A DNA stretch of 49,127 nt. It comes from an uncultured bacterium (GTDB taxonomy: Bacteria; Pseudomonadota; Gammaproteobacteria; GCA-001735895). The stretch is taken from the NCBI GenBank assembly GCA_965370015.1, contig CBDUSZ010000001.1, positions 1-49,127 of the forward strand. Direction: 5' to 3'. The notes beneath the pieces are model-generated. The model was not told the origin of the DNA. It did no database searches and saw only the letters and a program-made list of their open reading frames with translations. This document shows, one piece after another, positions 1 to 13,539 of the stretch. The stretch's first letter is position 1. Each line of letters starts with the position of its first letter. A program made the position numbers and the translations under genes.

Positions 1-477
1 ATGCTCTGGTTCGTGCTGCCTCGTACAGCAAACTCTGCCACCGGCATTCCGGTGATATTTGGTATCACTGGTCTTCTAGGCTTTGGTCTCGGACCTCTGA
101 TCGGCCACTATATGGCTATCAACCCAAGCATTGTAATGACCGCTCTTGGTGGAACCGGCGCAATATTCCTCGGCCTCTCCGGCTACGCCCTGACCACACG
201 CAAAGATTTCAGTTTCATGGGTGGGTTTTTGATGGTTGGTCTGGTGGTGGTCATAGGCGCTGCTGTGTTAAATATATTTTTCGCAATGCCCGCATTGTTT
301 CTTGCGGTAAATGCAGCCATTGTAATGATCATGAGCGGCTTGATTTTGTATCAAACCTCTGCTCTGATAAATGGTGGCGAGACCAATTATATTATGGCAA
401 CAGCCGGATTATTTCTCTCTATATTGAACCTGTTCACGGCCCTGTTACATTTGCTTGGTGCTTTTAATGATGACTAG
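1..477 (+). CDS. BAX inhibitor-1/YccA-family integral membrane protein, C-terminal part (5' end outside window)
   Basis: The ORF is open to the window start. The 158 aa are almost entirely hydrophobic helices, with a short acidic C-terminus typical of the BI-1/YccA family. A hairpin terminator follows. Confidence 0.75.
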   Translation: MLWFVLPRTANSATGIPVIFGITGLLGFGLGPLIGHYMAINPSIVMTALGGTGAIFLGLSGYALTTRKDFSFMGGFLMVGLVVVIGAAVLNIFFAMPALFLAVNAAIVMIMSGLILYQTSALINGGETNYIMATAGLFLSILNLFTALLHLLGAFNDD

Positions 478-517
478 GATCGGCGACTAGATTAAAGTCT
501 TTAAGTGAGTTACTTAT

Positions 518-544
518 AAGCCCCGTATTCGGGGCTTATTTATT
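518..544 (+). terminator. Rho-independent terminator after the BI-1/YccA-like gene
   Basis: AAGCCCCG-TATT-CGGGGCTT forms a perfect 8-bp stem (518-537), followed by ATTTATT. It lies 41 nt after the stop codon. Confidence 0.7.
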
Positions 545-559
545 GATGGGCAAAAATTG

Positions 560-739
560 ATGGACTGGCTAAAAATAGGATCAGCTTTATTCCTTATTGC
601 AATGCTTTTCATGGTATTTCCAAGAGCCATGCATGCGATTAAAAACTCACCCCGAGGCACTACAAAAGACTGGATGGGATATATAGTGCCGATGGTTGTT
701 GTGATTTTATTTGTGATACTGCTAATTGCCCTGGCATGA
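560..739 (+). CDS. Hypothetical small membrane protein (2 predicted TM helices)
   Basis: 59-60 codon ORF with ATG at 560 (TTG at 557). It has two hydrophobic segments separated by a basic loop. There is no clear SD and no recognisable family. Confidence 0.35.
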   Translation: MDWLKIGSALFLIAMLFMVFPRAMHAIKNSPRGTTKDWMGYIVPMVVVILFVILLIALA

Positions 740-759
740 GACCGGCAATTAAATTTTCT

Positions 760-1479
760 TTAGCGACCAGCTTGAGATTTTTGCTGTAACAGTATCTGAG
801 CAGCTAATTTCAGATCCTGCGGGTAAGTTATCTTAATATTTTGTGCGCTAGATTCAACCAGCCCTGGACGCATGCCCAGCGCTTCGACCGCGGCGGCATC
901 GTCGGTGATCGGTAGATTATTTTCCCGGGCGTGACTCAATGCCTGTAATAATAATTTTGCCCTGAATAATTGCGGGGTAAATGCGCGCCAAAGGCCATCG
1001 CGTTCCACCGTCCCTGCTATGTTGGCATTCTCGTCCTGGCGTTTCAGGGTATCTGCTACGGGTACACCTAATATCGCTCCTGCAGGGTTATGTTTTGCAG
1101 ATTTAACCAGATTTTTCATATCCTGGTGCGATACCAGGGGTCGTACTGCGTCGTGTATCATGACGAGTGGGTCAGCCGCTTCAAACTCGAGCAGCCTTTG
1201 CAGGCCATTAAAAACCGAATGATGCCGTTCATCACCCCCTGTAGTAATAACCAGGGGTTTTCGGGATTGGTAGTTTAACGCCTCCCAGGTTTTATCCTCC
1301 GCGTGCAAAACCAGTATCACGCCGTCGATATGCTTAAACGAAATCAACCTGTCCAGTGTATGTTCGAGAATAGATTTGCCGCAGAGTTTTAGGTACTGTT
1401 TTGGCACCTTACTCTTCATCCGCGCACCTAGCCCCGAAGCTGGCACGATAGCCCATATCGAATCTAATTTATTGCCCAT
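760..1479 (-). CDS. ispD: 2-C-methyl-D-erythritol 4-phosphate cytidylyltransferase
   Basis: The N-terminus AIVPASGLGARM...PKQYL is the IspD signature. Length is 239 aa. It overlaps the ftsB stop by 11 nt, as in the conserved ftsB-ispD pair. Confidence 0.92.
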   Translation of the reverse strand: MGNKLDSIWAIVPASGLGARMKSKVPKQYLKLCGKSILEHTLDRLISFKHIDGVILVLHAEDKTWEALNYQSRKPLVITTGGDERHHSVFNGLQRLLEFEAADPLVMIHDAVRPLVSHQDMKNLVKSAKHNPAGAILGVPVADTLKRQDENANIAGTVERDGLWRAFTPQLFRAKLLLQALSHARENNLPITDDAAAVEALGMRPGLVESSAQNIKITYPQDLKLAAQILLQQKSQAGR

Positions 1480-1765
1480 TGGATTCAGATTTAACCGAAG
1501 GGATAAGCTGAATAAAAGTCTCGCCCTGTTTTATCATGCCAAGATCGTTACGCGCCTTTTCTTCGTAGGCATCGAGACCGTTTTGTAAGTCCAGAACCTG
1601 GGCTTCAAGAATTCTGTTTCTTTCTCGCAGTAAGCGTAGTTTTTCATTTTGCAAATCCAGTTCTCTGGATAACTGCACCACCTCGGACAGGCTACCGTCG
1701 CCGAGCCATAATTTGTACTGTAAGCCAACAAGCAAAAGTACCAATATGGCGATCAGAATTTTCAT
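1469..1765 (-). CDS. ftsB: Cell division protein FtsB
   Basis: 98 aa with an N-terminal TM helix followed by a leucine-zipper coiled coil (...LRLLRERNRILEAQVLDLQNG...AYEEKARNDLGM). It sits between eno and ispD. Confidence 0.9.
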   Translation of the reverse strand: MKILIAILVLLLVGLQYKLWLGDGSLSEVVQLSRELDLQNEKLRLLRERNRILEAQVLDLQNGLDAYEEKARNDLGMIKQGETFIQLIPSVKSESNGQ

Positions 1766-1789
1766 AGACTGGCCAGGGCGGCAAGCGCC

Positions 1790-3097
<1,308 letters not shown>

Positions 3098-3939
3098 TTA
3101 ATCGTTCAATAGTGCCTGTTCGTGCATCGGTGATGATTTGGTCACAGCATCGAGAGACATCAGCACCTCTAATAACGACCTCATCTCGGACAAGGGCCAG
3201 GCGTTGGGACCATCGCTAAGTGCTTTGGATGGATCGGGATGGGTCTCCATGAACAGACCGGCCACACCCACAGCAACGGCGGCCCTGGCTAGCACTGGAA
3301 CAAATTCTCGCTGCCCGCCAGACACACTCCCCTGGCCACCAGGAAGCTGCACTGAATGCGTAGCATCGAATACCACTGGGCATTCTGTGTTGCGCATCAC
3401 TGCAAGTGAACGCATGTCGGATACCAGGTTGTTATAGCCGAAACTGGTACCCCGTTCACAAACCATGATCTGTTGATTCCCCACCTCAAGTGCCTTGTTG
3501 ACCACCTGTTGCATATCCCAGGGAGACAGAAACTGGCCCTTCTTTATATTGACTGGTTTTAGTTGCCTGGCGACGTTTTGGATGAAATTAGTTTGTCGGC
3601 AAAGGAAAGCAGGTGTCTGCAATACATCTACAACACTTGCCACTTCTTCGAGTGGCGTGTCTTCGTGCACATCGGTTACGATCGGCACCCCCAATTCGGT
3701 ACGGACTTTTTCTAAAATCGCCAGGCCTTTTTCAATGCCCAGCCCACGAAAGCTAGCCGTGCTGGAACGATTGGCCTTATCAAACGAGGACTTGTATATA
3801 AACGGTATAGACAAATCTTTGCAAAGATCGCGTAATTCACCGGCTGTATCGAGTGCCAGTTGTTCGGATTCGATAACACAGGGACCGGCCATCAGAAATA
3901 GCGGTTGGTTGAGCCCTACTTCAAAATCACATAGTTTCA

Positions 3940-3940
<1 letters not shown>
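3098..3940 (-). CDS. kdsA: 2-dehydro-3-deoxyphosphooctonate aldolase (KDO-8-P synthase)
   Basis: Shows the ...PCVIESE...[14 protein letters not shown]...[12 protein letters not shown]... KdsA motifs. ATG at 3940 shares one nt with the pyrG stop (TAATG). An in-frame GTG at 3955 is an alternative start. Confidence 0.93.
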
Positions 3941-5664
<1,724 letters not shown>

Positions 5665-5797
5665 TTACATTTATAAATTATTCGCCGCAAAATCCCAGTA
5701 TCCTTGAAGTTAATAAATTTCGTGAAAATTATCACATTAACCTGCGGGCTATTAACAAACCTGAAAAAGGCCAGGTGGCTCATCTATAATTAGCTTC

Positions 5798-7102
5798 ATG
5801 CGTGCATTGATAATCGAAAATAGTCGGGTTTATTGCCTTCTGCTGGACAATATACTAGGGCAACAGGGTTTCGATTGTGATATCTGTGACAATATTAAAA
5901 ATGCACGTTTGTACACTGAATCCCAGTCCTATGATCTGGTCTGTATTAGTCATCACTTAAAAGATGGTTACGGAGTCGAGTTTGTCGAATTCTGCAGAAA
6001 TTACGGCATCAACCAGGATACCCCCATACTCTATTTGACCAGCAATCAGAACTTCAGCGAAGAGCTCGACTCATTACGCATCGAAAAAATCATCTTCAAA
6101 CTGAACAAGCAACAAATCTCCCACCAGATCATTCATTTTATCCAGTCTCACCTCGACCCGATTTTTTCCGAGGGAAGAATCCTGCTTGCCGAAGACAGCA
6201 AAACTGTCGCTGCGGTCATTTTATCTGTACTCAAAAACACGGGTTATCAAGTTGAACGATTCAGCAATGCCGAGGATGCCTGGTCGTTTTTTGAAAATGA
6301 AGTTTCGTATGGATCGGATAGAAATGCCTTCGATTTGGTAATCACCGATATCAATCTCGCAGGCTTACTGACCGGCCAGGAACTGGCTGAAAAAATACGC
6401 AGCCTTGAAGATGCACGTGGATTTATTCCAATTTTTGCAATTACCGGAGATACCAGCGACGAACTCCGACTGTCTCTATATGAAAGTGGAGTTAACGATT
6501 TCATATGCAAGCCTGTGATGGCTCGCGAGTTACTCGTACGCATAGGCAATTTAATCACAAACAAACGCTTACTCGATAAAGTACATGATCAACGTCGCGA
6601 TTTATTTGCACTCGCCACCACTGACAAGTTGACTGGATGTCATAATCGCCACAGCCTGATGCATTTCTCACTAAAATTTATTGCCCTGTCGGAACGGCAA
6701 CAATATCCAATCAGTATTTTGGTGATCGATCTTGACCATTTTAAATCAATAAACGATACCTACGGACACGCGGTTGGCGATGTCGTGTTGGCGGCGGTTG
6801 GTAATTTATTGAATAGCTTTTTTCGCGAGGGTGACCTGGTTGCACGTTTTGGGGGCGAGGAATTCGTCGTGTTAATGAGTAATTGCGATAAACCACTGGC
6901 GCTTGGCAAGGCTGAGAAACTACGTGCCAGCATCGCCGAATTAAAACCCGAAGATATCAGTTTTTCGGCCAGCATCGGATTGACCACCCGGGCACCCGAA
7001 CAAAATTGTAAATTCGAATCACTTTTTTCGGCAGCCGATAAAGCGGTCTACCAGGCCAAGGAAAATGGTCGGAATTGTGTCGTATACCAGGCTCTGGAAT
7101 AA
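5798..7102 (+). CDS. Response regulator with degenerate REC + canonical REC + GGDEF diguanylate cyclase domain
   Basis: REC2 has E132-D133, D184, T216 and K238-P239. The GGDEF domain has GGEEF (nt 6851-6865), with an RxxD I-site (REGD) exactly 5 residues upstream. REC1 lacks the acceptor Asp (Ser51). Confidence 0.85.
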   Translation: MRALIIENSRVYCLLLDNILGQQGFDCDICDNIKNARLYTESQSYDLVCISHHLKDGYGVEFVEFCRNYGINQDTPILYLTSNQNFSEELDSLRIEKIIFKLNKQQISHQIIHFIQSHLDPIFSEGRILLAEDSKTVAAVILSVLKNTGYQVERFSNAEDAWSFFENEVSYGSDRNAFDLVITDINLAGLLTGQELAEKIRSLEDARGFIPIFAITGDTSDELRLSLYESGVNDFICKPVMARELLVRIGNLITNKRLLDKVHDQRRDLFALATTDKLTGCHNRHSLMHFSLKFIALSERQQYPISILVIDLDHFKSINDTYGHAVGDVVLAAVGNLLNSFFREGDLVARFGGEEFVVLMSNCDKPLALGKAEKLRASIAELKPEDISFSASIGLTTRAPEQNCKFESLFSAADKAVYQAKENGRNCVVYQALE

Positions 7103-7109
7103 TTCGAGT

Positions 7110-8066
7110 TCACGGCTTTTTTGCTATTATCACCGCCCTTTGGGGTGCCGGTAACCCTTCCACTGTCAGATCTTTATGTTGCGGGTCCAGACAGTCTGCC
7201 AGGGATTCAAACTGCATCCAGTCGGTTGAACGCTGCTCATCGATTGTCGTGGCGCTAATATCGACAATTTTTACCTCTTTAAACCCACACCGCCTTACCC
7301 ACTGTGCCAGTTCCCCGGGACTCGGCAGAAACCAGACATTACTCATTCTCGCATATCGGCCCTTCGGTACCAGAACGTTTCCTTCTGCACCATCTATAAC
7401 CAGCGTTTCGAGGCATAATTCACCCCCACTAGCAAGCAGGCTTTTCAATTGGTAGAGGTGATCAATGGGGCTTTTTCGGTGATAAAATACGCCCATCGAA
7501 AATACAGTATCGAACCAGCACATATCGGCTGGCATGCCTTCTATACCTATTGGCAGGATATGTATATCAGTTCTTTGCACGTATTTCTGCACTGCCTGAA
7601 ACTGCATGTTAAATAATACCGAGGGTTCTATACCAAGAACCAGATCAGGGCACTGGTCTAACATGCGCCAGCAGTGGTAGCCATTTCCACAACCAATATC
7701 AAGCACACGTCTATTTTTCAGCGTAGACAGATGCGGCAGTACTCTTTGCCACTTTAGGTCTGATCGCCATTCGCTATCTATCAGAATACCGGCAAATCGA
7801 TATGGACCCTTGCGCCAGGGCATTAACTGTTTTAATGAATGTTGTAGCAGTTCCTGGTCTTCACAATCACCATCCAGGGTAATGGCTGCACGATCAAAAT
7901 ACACCCTGACATTATTTATATCAGGTAAATGCGACAATGCTTTGGACCAGCGTTGGAAGTCTCCGTGCTGTCCATACCATTTATCCTGTTGCGCCTTAAG
8001 ATCGTTAACCCAGCGGGTGAATCCAGCATCTCTCAACTGGCCGAACAAAACTCTATAGCTCATCAT
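7110..8066 (-). CDS. cmoB: tRNA U34 carboxymethyltransferase
   Basis: SAM-methyltransferase fold (VLDIGCGNGYH) in a ~320-aa protein directly downstream of cmoA. ATG at 8066 overlaps the cmoA TGA (ATGA-type coupling). Confidence 0.9.
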   Translation of the reverse strand: MMSYRVLFGQLRDAGFTRWVNDLKAQQDKWYGQHGDFQRWSKALSHLPDINNVRVYFDRAAITLDGDCEDQELLQHSLKQLMPWRKGPYRFAGILIDSEWRSDLKWQRVLPHLSTLKNRRVLDIGCGNGYHCWRMLDQCPDLVLGIEPSVLFNMQFQAVQKYVQRTDIHILPIGIEGMPADMCWFDTVFSMGVFYHRKSPIDHLYQLKSLLASGGELCLETLVIDGAEGNVLVPKGRYARMSNVWFLPSPGELAQWVRRCGFKEVKIVDISATTIDEQRSTDWMQFESLADCLDPQHKDLTVEGLPAPQRAVIIAKKP

Positions 8067-8788
8067 TTGATGGCTAGATAAGAAACAAAATTGAAACAAC
8101 GAAAGCACAGGTATATCTCACTGAATCCAGCCTCTTTGAGCCTCTGGTATTGTGTGCTTTGCTGGTCAGGAACCATTACATTTTCCAGCGCGGTACGTTT
8201 TTGACTTATTTCCAGATCGCTATAGCCCTGTGCCTTTTTGAATGCATGGTGCAATTGCACCATGCGCTCATTTTCCAGGATCGGATCTAATAATACCTTT
8301 TCAGTCAATACCAGCACACCACCAGAATTCAAACCCTGGGCGATACGACTTAACAGGGACTGTCTTTTATCCAGCTCGATAAACAACAGGGTCAGATTTA
8401 GAACCACCATTGACGCATTACTAATTTTAATATTCTGGATATCGTCACATATCCATTTGATTTTACTAGATTCACCCTGTTGCCGGCATTTACTAATCAT
8501 CGAGGAGGCGTTATCAACCGCAATAATGTCGCAATCAAGCTTCCGCGTTTGCTCCGCTACGATTCGAGATACCTCACCCAAAGAACAACCCAGATCGTAA
8601 ATATTGCTATGATTCTGGACAAAAACATCGGCATAGAGGCCAATCATGCGTAATAACAACTCGTAACCAGGAACGGATCTCGAAATCATATCCTGGAATA
8701 CCTGCGCCACATTTTCATTAAATTCGAACGCTTTGATATCGCTCAATGGTTTTGCGAATACCTGATCTTTATTCGATGGCTCGTTCAT
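8063..8788 (-). CDS. cmoA: Carboxy-S-adenosyl-L-methionine synthase
   Basis: 241 aa. Shows FEFNENVAQVFQDMISRSVPGYE... and DLGCSLGE motifs typical of CmoA, and is paired with cmoB. Confidence 0.9.
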   Translation of the reverse strand: MNEPSNKDQVFAKPLSDIKAFEFNENVAQVFQDMISRSVPGYELLLRMIGLYADVFVQNHSNIYDLGCSLGEVSRIVAEQTRKLDCDIIAVDNASSMISKCRQQGESSKIKWICDDIQNIKISNASMVVLNLTLLFIELDKRQSLLSRIAQGLNSGGVLVLTEKVLLDPILENERMVQLHHAFKKAQGYSDLEISQKRTALENVMVPDQQSTQYQRLKEAGFSEIYLCFRCFNFVSYLAIK

Positions 8789-8883
8789 GTGAAGTGGCCT
8801 GCGCGCCAGGGGAAATTATAAAAAAACATAAGCCGGCATCAGCCAGCGCTATAAACGGTTATAGTCGAGTAGGCTTTTAATGT

Positions 8884-10137
8884 TCAATACCACAAGTCAA
8901 TGAGATCGTCATCCAGATATACCTGCGGGGTCATCAGCCTTTTCCACGGCGGTATTTTGTGTTTCTGGAACAGACGCTTAAGGCGGTGACCGTGTGGATT
9001 TGGGGCATTATCGTTAAGTTTAAATTTAAGTTTGATCGATTGCCCATTGTCTTTCTGTGCGAGTCGCTGAAAAATAGACCTTCTCTCAAGGTCGAGACCT
9101 ATTTCTTCAATTTTCAATCTATCGGAATTATTGAAATCATAGGATTCATGCAATGGCATTTGGCTATCTTGATCGACGATATATAAACACTGATTGTATA
9201 TCCGAATTTCATATCCACTGCCACTGACTACTGGCATCGAGCCGGCTCTGGGGTTCATTTGTCGTATTAATTCATTTAGTCTGCTCTGAGGCAAACTTGC
9301 GCACGCATTCTGTTTCAACCAGCACCTGATCAGATTTTTTTGTCGCGCCAGGCTAAATTGGAGTAAAGATTTACAGCACAAAAGATCGTTATTCTCCCCC
9401 GCGCTTTGCTGCCGGACATGCTCATAGTCCTGCGCGCCCAGTTCATCCAGTAACTGCTGAGTCTCCGCCTGAATCGAGACAACTGACCGAATCGATTCAA
9501 GATAGCCTGGCCATCGTTTTTTGATCTTCGGTATAACCTCGTGGCGCAAATAATTCCGGTTAAAGCGGTGCGATAGATTGCTCGGATCATCGTACCAATG
9601 CAGTTGATAGCTTTTCGCATAAGCGCATATTTCAGCACGGGAAAAGTCAAGTAAAGGGCGCAGTAAAGTCGAGCGACCAACTGGCCTATGCTTGGCGATC
9701 CCCCTGAGTCCGGCACTACCGGAGCCGCGTAGTATGTTTTGCAGGAACGTCTCGGCCTGGTCGTCTGCATGATGTGCGGTAAACAAATAATCTACAGGGG
9801 TTAATACCTGTTCGAACAGAGCGTAGCGTGCTTTTCTTGCTTCCGATTCTAAATTGGCCATATCTGGATCGAGATTCAAATGACTGACGTCAATATCCAG
9901 CTTATATGAGAAGGCGACCGACCTGCAGAAGGCTTCCATTTCATCGGCTATATCCTGTAAACCATGATTGATATGCCAAAGATCAATTTTGAAGGAGCGT
10001 GGACTGGATTGTAAAGAATGCAGTAAAACACAGGAATCTATACCGCCACTAAATGCGAGCACGACTCGCTCGATTTGTGCCGGAATAGAATTGAAGCAAT
10101 CTTCCAGCTGGTAGCTGAACCCTGAATTAGATTTCAT
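8884..10137 (-). CDS. tilS: tRNA(Ile)-lysidine synthetase
   Basis: PP-loop VLAFSGGIDSCVLLH in a ~420-aa protein downstream of accA. The first ATG is at 10137. The ORF track begins at a TTG at 10206, which would overlap accA by 23 nt, so the start is uncertain. Confidence 0.88.
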   Translation of the reverse strand: MKSNSGFSYQLEDCFNSIPAQIERVVLAFSGGIDSCVLLHSLQSSPRSFKIDLWHINHGLQDIADEMEAFCRSVAFSYKLDIDVSHLNLDPDMANLESEARKARYALFEQVLTPVDYLFTAHHADDQAETFLQNILRGSGSAGLRGIAKHRPVGRSTLLRPLLDFSRAEICAYAKSYQLHWYDDPSNLSHRFNRNYLRHEVIPKIKKRWPGYLESIRSVVSIQAETQQLLDELGAQDYEHVRQQSAGENNDLLCCKSLLQFSLARQKNLIRCWLKQNACASLPQSRLNELIRQMNPRAGSMPVVSGSGYEIRIYNQCLYIVDQDSQMPLHESYDFNNSDRLKIEEIGLDLERRSIFQRLAQKDNGQSIKLKFKLNDNAPNPHGHRLKRLFQKHKIPPWKRLMTPQVYLDDDLIDLWY

Positions 10138-10183
10138 CGAATCACAAAGCGCAGGAGACAACCCTGCTCCGCTATTAAGTACT

Positions 10184-11143
10184 CTATGCTTCTTTATATT
10201 GACCAAAGCTCATTAGTTTTTGATACCTCTGATCAAGTAATTTATCGATACTAACCGATTCCAGGGTTTCAATGTTTTTGATCAGATTGTGCTTTAAGGT
10301 TTCGGCCATCTTATCGTGGTTACGATGTGCCCCGCCCAACGGCTCTTCGATTACTTTATCCACCAACTTGAGCTCAAATAATCGTTCGGCAGTGATACCC
10401 ATTGCTTCAGCGGCTTGCTGGGCCTTGTCTGCACTCTTCCACAATATAGAAGCACAACCTTCCGGAGAAATTACCGAATATGTCGAATATTGCAACATAT
10501 CTATTCGATCGCCGACACTAATGGCAAGCGCTCCGCCGGATCCACCCTCACCAATAATGGTGCAGATTATCGGCGTCTTGAGTTCCGCAAGTGTATACAG
10601 GTTCCGTGCAATGGCCTCGCTTTGACCGCGTTCTTCCGCACCTATCCCGGGATAGGCACCTGGCGTGTCTATTAAAGTGATTAATGGCATCTTGAATTTC
10701 TCAGCCATTTTCATCAACCGCAAAGCTTTGCGATAACCCTCTGGCCGTGGCATGCCGAAATTTCTTTTGATTTTTTCCCGCGTGTGGCGTCCTTTTTGCT
10801 GTCCGATAACCATCACCGGTTTACCATTGAGCCTGCCAATTCCGCCAATGATGGGATGATCATTAGTATAGGCGCGGTCCCCGTGTAAATGTTCGAAATC
10901 ACTAAATATACGTTCGATATAATCGAGCGTATAGGGTCTGTTAGGGTGGCGAGATAACTGCGAAATTTGCCAGGGTACGAGTTTCGAAAATATAGTCTCG
11001 GTCAGCTTTTCAGCCTTTTTCTGCAGCGTCTGAATTTCGTCCGAAATATTAATTTCTGAATCATCAGTCACATATCGAAGCTCGGCAATCTTTGCCTGGA
11101 GCTCGGCAATTGGTTGTTCAAATTCGAGAAAATTGGGATCCAT
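10184..11143 (-). CDS. accA: Acetyl-CoA carboxylase carboxyltransferase alpha subunit
   Basis: 319 aa. [23 protein letters not shown]... and ...[11 protein letters not shown]... are AccA hallmarks. Confidence 0.95.
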   Translation of the reverse strand: MDPNFLEFEQPIAELQAKIAELRYVTDDSEINISDEIQTLQKKAEKLTETIFSKLVPWQISQLSRHPNRPYTLDYIERIFSDFEHLHGDRAYTNDHPIIGGIGRLNGKPVMVIGQQKGRHTREKIKRNFGMPRPEGYRKALRLMKMAEKFKMPLITLIDTPGAYPGIGAEERGQSEAIARNLYTLAELKTPIICTIIGEGGSGGALAISVGDRIDMLQYSTYSVISPEGCASILWKSADKAQQAAEAMGITAERLFELKLVDKVIEEPLGGAHRNHDKMAETLKHNLIKNIETLESVSIDKLLDQRYQKLMSFGQYKEA

Positions 11144-11227
11144 AACTATTATTAATTGTGCCGTAAACTCGGGATAGTGTAACCACTCAGCAGGTAACTG
11201 TCATCAAGCAAGCCGCTATGTAGCGAA

Positions 11228-11938
11228 TTATGACGGGTTATTTGATAAACACGCATTGATAGACATGAGCGCCTCGGATGGGTTCGGGTGTTGCGTGATC
11301 GGACGTCCAATGACCAGATAGCTGGCGCCATCCAAAATTGCCTGTTGGGGTGTCGCAATGCGCTGCTGATCATCGCCAGGCGCACCCTCGGGTCGAATTC
11401 CGGGTGTCACCAAAAGGGGAGCATCTCCTAATAGTTGCCGCAGCCCCCTGGCTTCACGGGCAGAGCAGACCAAACCGTCGAGACCGCAATCTATAGCCAG
11501 TTGGGCCAGTCTCTCGACAAACGCCTGCGGTTCCTGCTCTATACCAAGCTGGCGCAAGTCCGATGTCGACAGACTGGTGAGCAAACTAACCGCAATTAGA
11601 TATGGCCTGTTTACCCCGATCATTTCAATGCCTTCGCGCGCAGCATGTAACATTGAACGCCCGCCGAGTGCATGTACATTCACCATCCATACACCCAATT
11701 GACCTGCGGCGTAAACAGCCCGTTTAACGGTATTCGGAATATCGTGAAATTTTAGATCGAGAAATACATCGAATCCTTTCGCTACCAGTGATTCGACGAA
11801 CTGCGGCCCACATCGAGTGAATAATTCTTTGCCTACCTTAAGTTTGCACAAATCAGGGCTAGTCTTATCAACAAAACTGAAAGCCTGGGTTTGATCAGCA
11901 TAATCGAGAGCAACTATAATTCGTGAATCACCTGGCAC
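11228..11938 (-). CDS. pyrF: Orotidine 5'-phosphate decarboxylase
   Basis: Shows IIVALDY...CKLKVGKELF...DVFLDLKFHDIPNTV motifs. GTG start. Lies downstream of lapB, as in many gammaproteobacteria. Confidence 0.92.
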   Translation of the reverse strand: MPGDSRIIVALDYADQTQAFSFVDKTSPDLCKLKVGKELFTRCGPQFVESLVAKGFDVFLDLKFHDIPNTVKRAVYAAGQLGVWMVNVHALGGRSMLHAAREGIEMIGVNRPYLIAVSLLTSLSTSDLRQLGIEQEPQAFVERLAQLAIDCGLDGLVCSAREARGLRQLLGDAPLLVTPGIRPEGAPGDDQQRIATPQQAILDGASYLVIGRPITQHPNPSEALMSINACLSNNPS

Positions 11939-11946
11939 AATATCTT

Positions 11947-13098
11947 CTAAACCGGTTTCATCGTTGACCAGTTTCTACAACTGGGACAATTCCATTGTAT
12001 CGCGTGGCTTTCGTAGCCACATAGTGAACATACATATTCAGCCTTGTTATTTTGTATCGACAATAGATAGGTCGACAGACTTTCCCAGGTTTCTGCCAAA
12101 TGATCAGGATCCGATTTCAGAAATCGCAAGGCGAATTCAAATGCCTCGAATGATGGGGACTGTTTTAATACTTCGGACAAAAACTTCCTCGCCTTTTCAA
12201 TCTGATTGATGCTGGCGTAGCACTCAATCAATGCGATAGCCAGACGCGTGGATGGATTTTTTTGATATTGCTCCTGCAAAAAATTCTGGTACGCAGCAGG
12301 CTCCCTGCCCTGCAAGTATATTTCTTTAGCCGGTGCGATATACAAATTTATATATTCCGGATTAACCCTGGTCAGTTTCTGAAATATTTTTTTCGCTGCC
12401 CCCACATTGTCTAGATTCATGTGGTGTTTGATTAAAAGTAACGCAGCCCTGACACAGTTCGAGTCTATTTCTAGCGCCCTGGCGAGGCTCTCTCGTACCA
12501 GTTTATTATTACCGCTTTTCATCGCCGAATCCGCTAATTCGCAATGACAGTGGCTTAAGATGACAGCAGCACCGGAATCACCACGGTCATACAGTCTTTG
12601 CGCGCACTCAATCGCTTCGTGCCATGATTTTTCGGTGATATATAAATCCAATAACTTCCGATAAGGACTTAAATCATCCGGTTTCAACTGGATCATCTCC
12701 TTAAACAGCTTCTCCGCCCGATCTAGCAAACCCGCCTTTAAATAATCGTTGGCTAGTTCGCCTATGGCCATATTTCTTTGTTTCCGACTCAAATCCGGAC
12801 GTGCAAGCAAGTTTTGGTGAATCTTTATAGCCTGATCAACCTGTCCCCTGGAACGAAACAAATTACCCAGGACCACGTGTGTTTCGACTGTGTCGGCATT
12901 TATTTTGATCAGTTCACTGAAAGTCTCAATCGCTTTCTGTGAATCATCGCTAAGCAAATAGTTAAGTCCTTTTACATAGAATTCGGAATAGTTTAAGGAA
13001 TCACTAGAGGAGTAAATTTTACCAGCAGGTATCCATCGACCGACAACCCAACCGATCAATATAGCAACAAGAACTAACGATAATAGCCAGATATCCAC
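11947..13098 (-). CDS. lapB: Lipopolysaccharide assembly protein B (TPR protein with C-terminal rubredoxin-like zinc site)
   Basis: An N-terminal TM helix is followed by TPR repeats and a terminal CSLCGY...WNCPSCRNW metal-binding motif. GTG start. Confidence 0.88.
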   Translation of the reverse strand: MDIWLLSLVLVAILIGWVVGRWIPAGKIYSSSDSLNYSEFYVKGLNYLLSDDSQKAIETFSELIKINADTVETHVVLGNLFRSRGQVDQAIKIHQNLLARPDLSRKQRNMAIGELANDYLKAGLLDRAEKLFKEMIQLKPDDLSPYRKLLDLYITEKSWHEAIECAQRLYDRGDSGAAVILSHCHCELADSAMKSGNNKLVRESLARALEIDSNCVRAALLLIKHHMNLDNVGAAKKIFQKLTRVNPEYINLYIAPAKEIYLQGREPAAYQNFLQEQYQKNPSTRLAIALIECYASINQIEKARKFLSEVLKQSPSFEAFEFALRFLKSDPDHLAETWESLSTYLLSIQNNKAEYVCSLCGYESHAIQWNCPSCRNWSTMKPV

Positions 13099-13170
13099 GA
13101 TATTTATAACCAGCGTTGGCTATCTACAAATGTATTATAACTTCGTCGTACTAAATATGCCGCTCTATCC

Positions 13171-13476
13171 CTAAGTATTCACACGGTCGCGTAATTCTTT
13201 CCCTGGCTTGAAATGAGGTACGTATTTTCCTGGAAGTTTTACCTTTTCCCCAGATTTTGGATTTCTACCCGTCCTCGGTGGGCGGTAATGCAGGCTGAAA
13301 CTGCCGAAGCCCCTGATTTCAATGCGATCACCGCCAGATAGCGCGCTACTCATCATTTCTATCAAGCTCTTGACTGCCAGCTCAACATCTTTATAGGCGA
13401 GATGCCCCTGATTTCCGGACAGATTTTCAATCAAATCTGACTTGGTCAGAGAGGGTTTATAATCTTGTTGTTTCAT
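13171..13476 (-). CDS. ihfB: Integration host factor beta subunit
   Basis: 101 aa with an HU/IHF fold (...[28 protein letters not shown]...), directly downstream of rpsA. Confidence 0.92.
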   Translation of the reverse strand: MKQQDYKPSLTKSDLIENLSGNQGHLAYKDVELAVKSLIEMMSSALSGGDRIEIRGFGSFSLHYRPPRTGRNPKSGEKVKLPGKYVPHFKPGKELRDRVNT

Positions 13477-13497
13477 TAACGGCCCAATTATCAGTCA

Positions 13498-13527
13498 TTG
13501 ACGGCGAAGCCGTAGCTTCACCGTCAA
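13498..13527 (-). terminator. Hairpin between rpsA and ihfB (possible attenuator/terminator)
   Basis: 13-bp stem with one mismatch (TTGACGGCGAAGC / GCTTCACCGTCAA) and a 4-nt loop, 12 nt after the rpsA stop. No strong U-tract follows on the minus strand. Confidence 0.4.
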
Positions 13528-13539
13528 TCATACCAGATT

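Noticed and set aside
9330-9770. 146-aa minus-strand ORF in an alternative frame within tilS
   Set aside because: It is on the same strand but out of frame with an intact tilS, and is Arg/Cys-rich. I treat it as a frame artefact.
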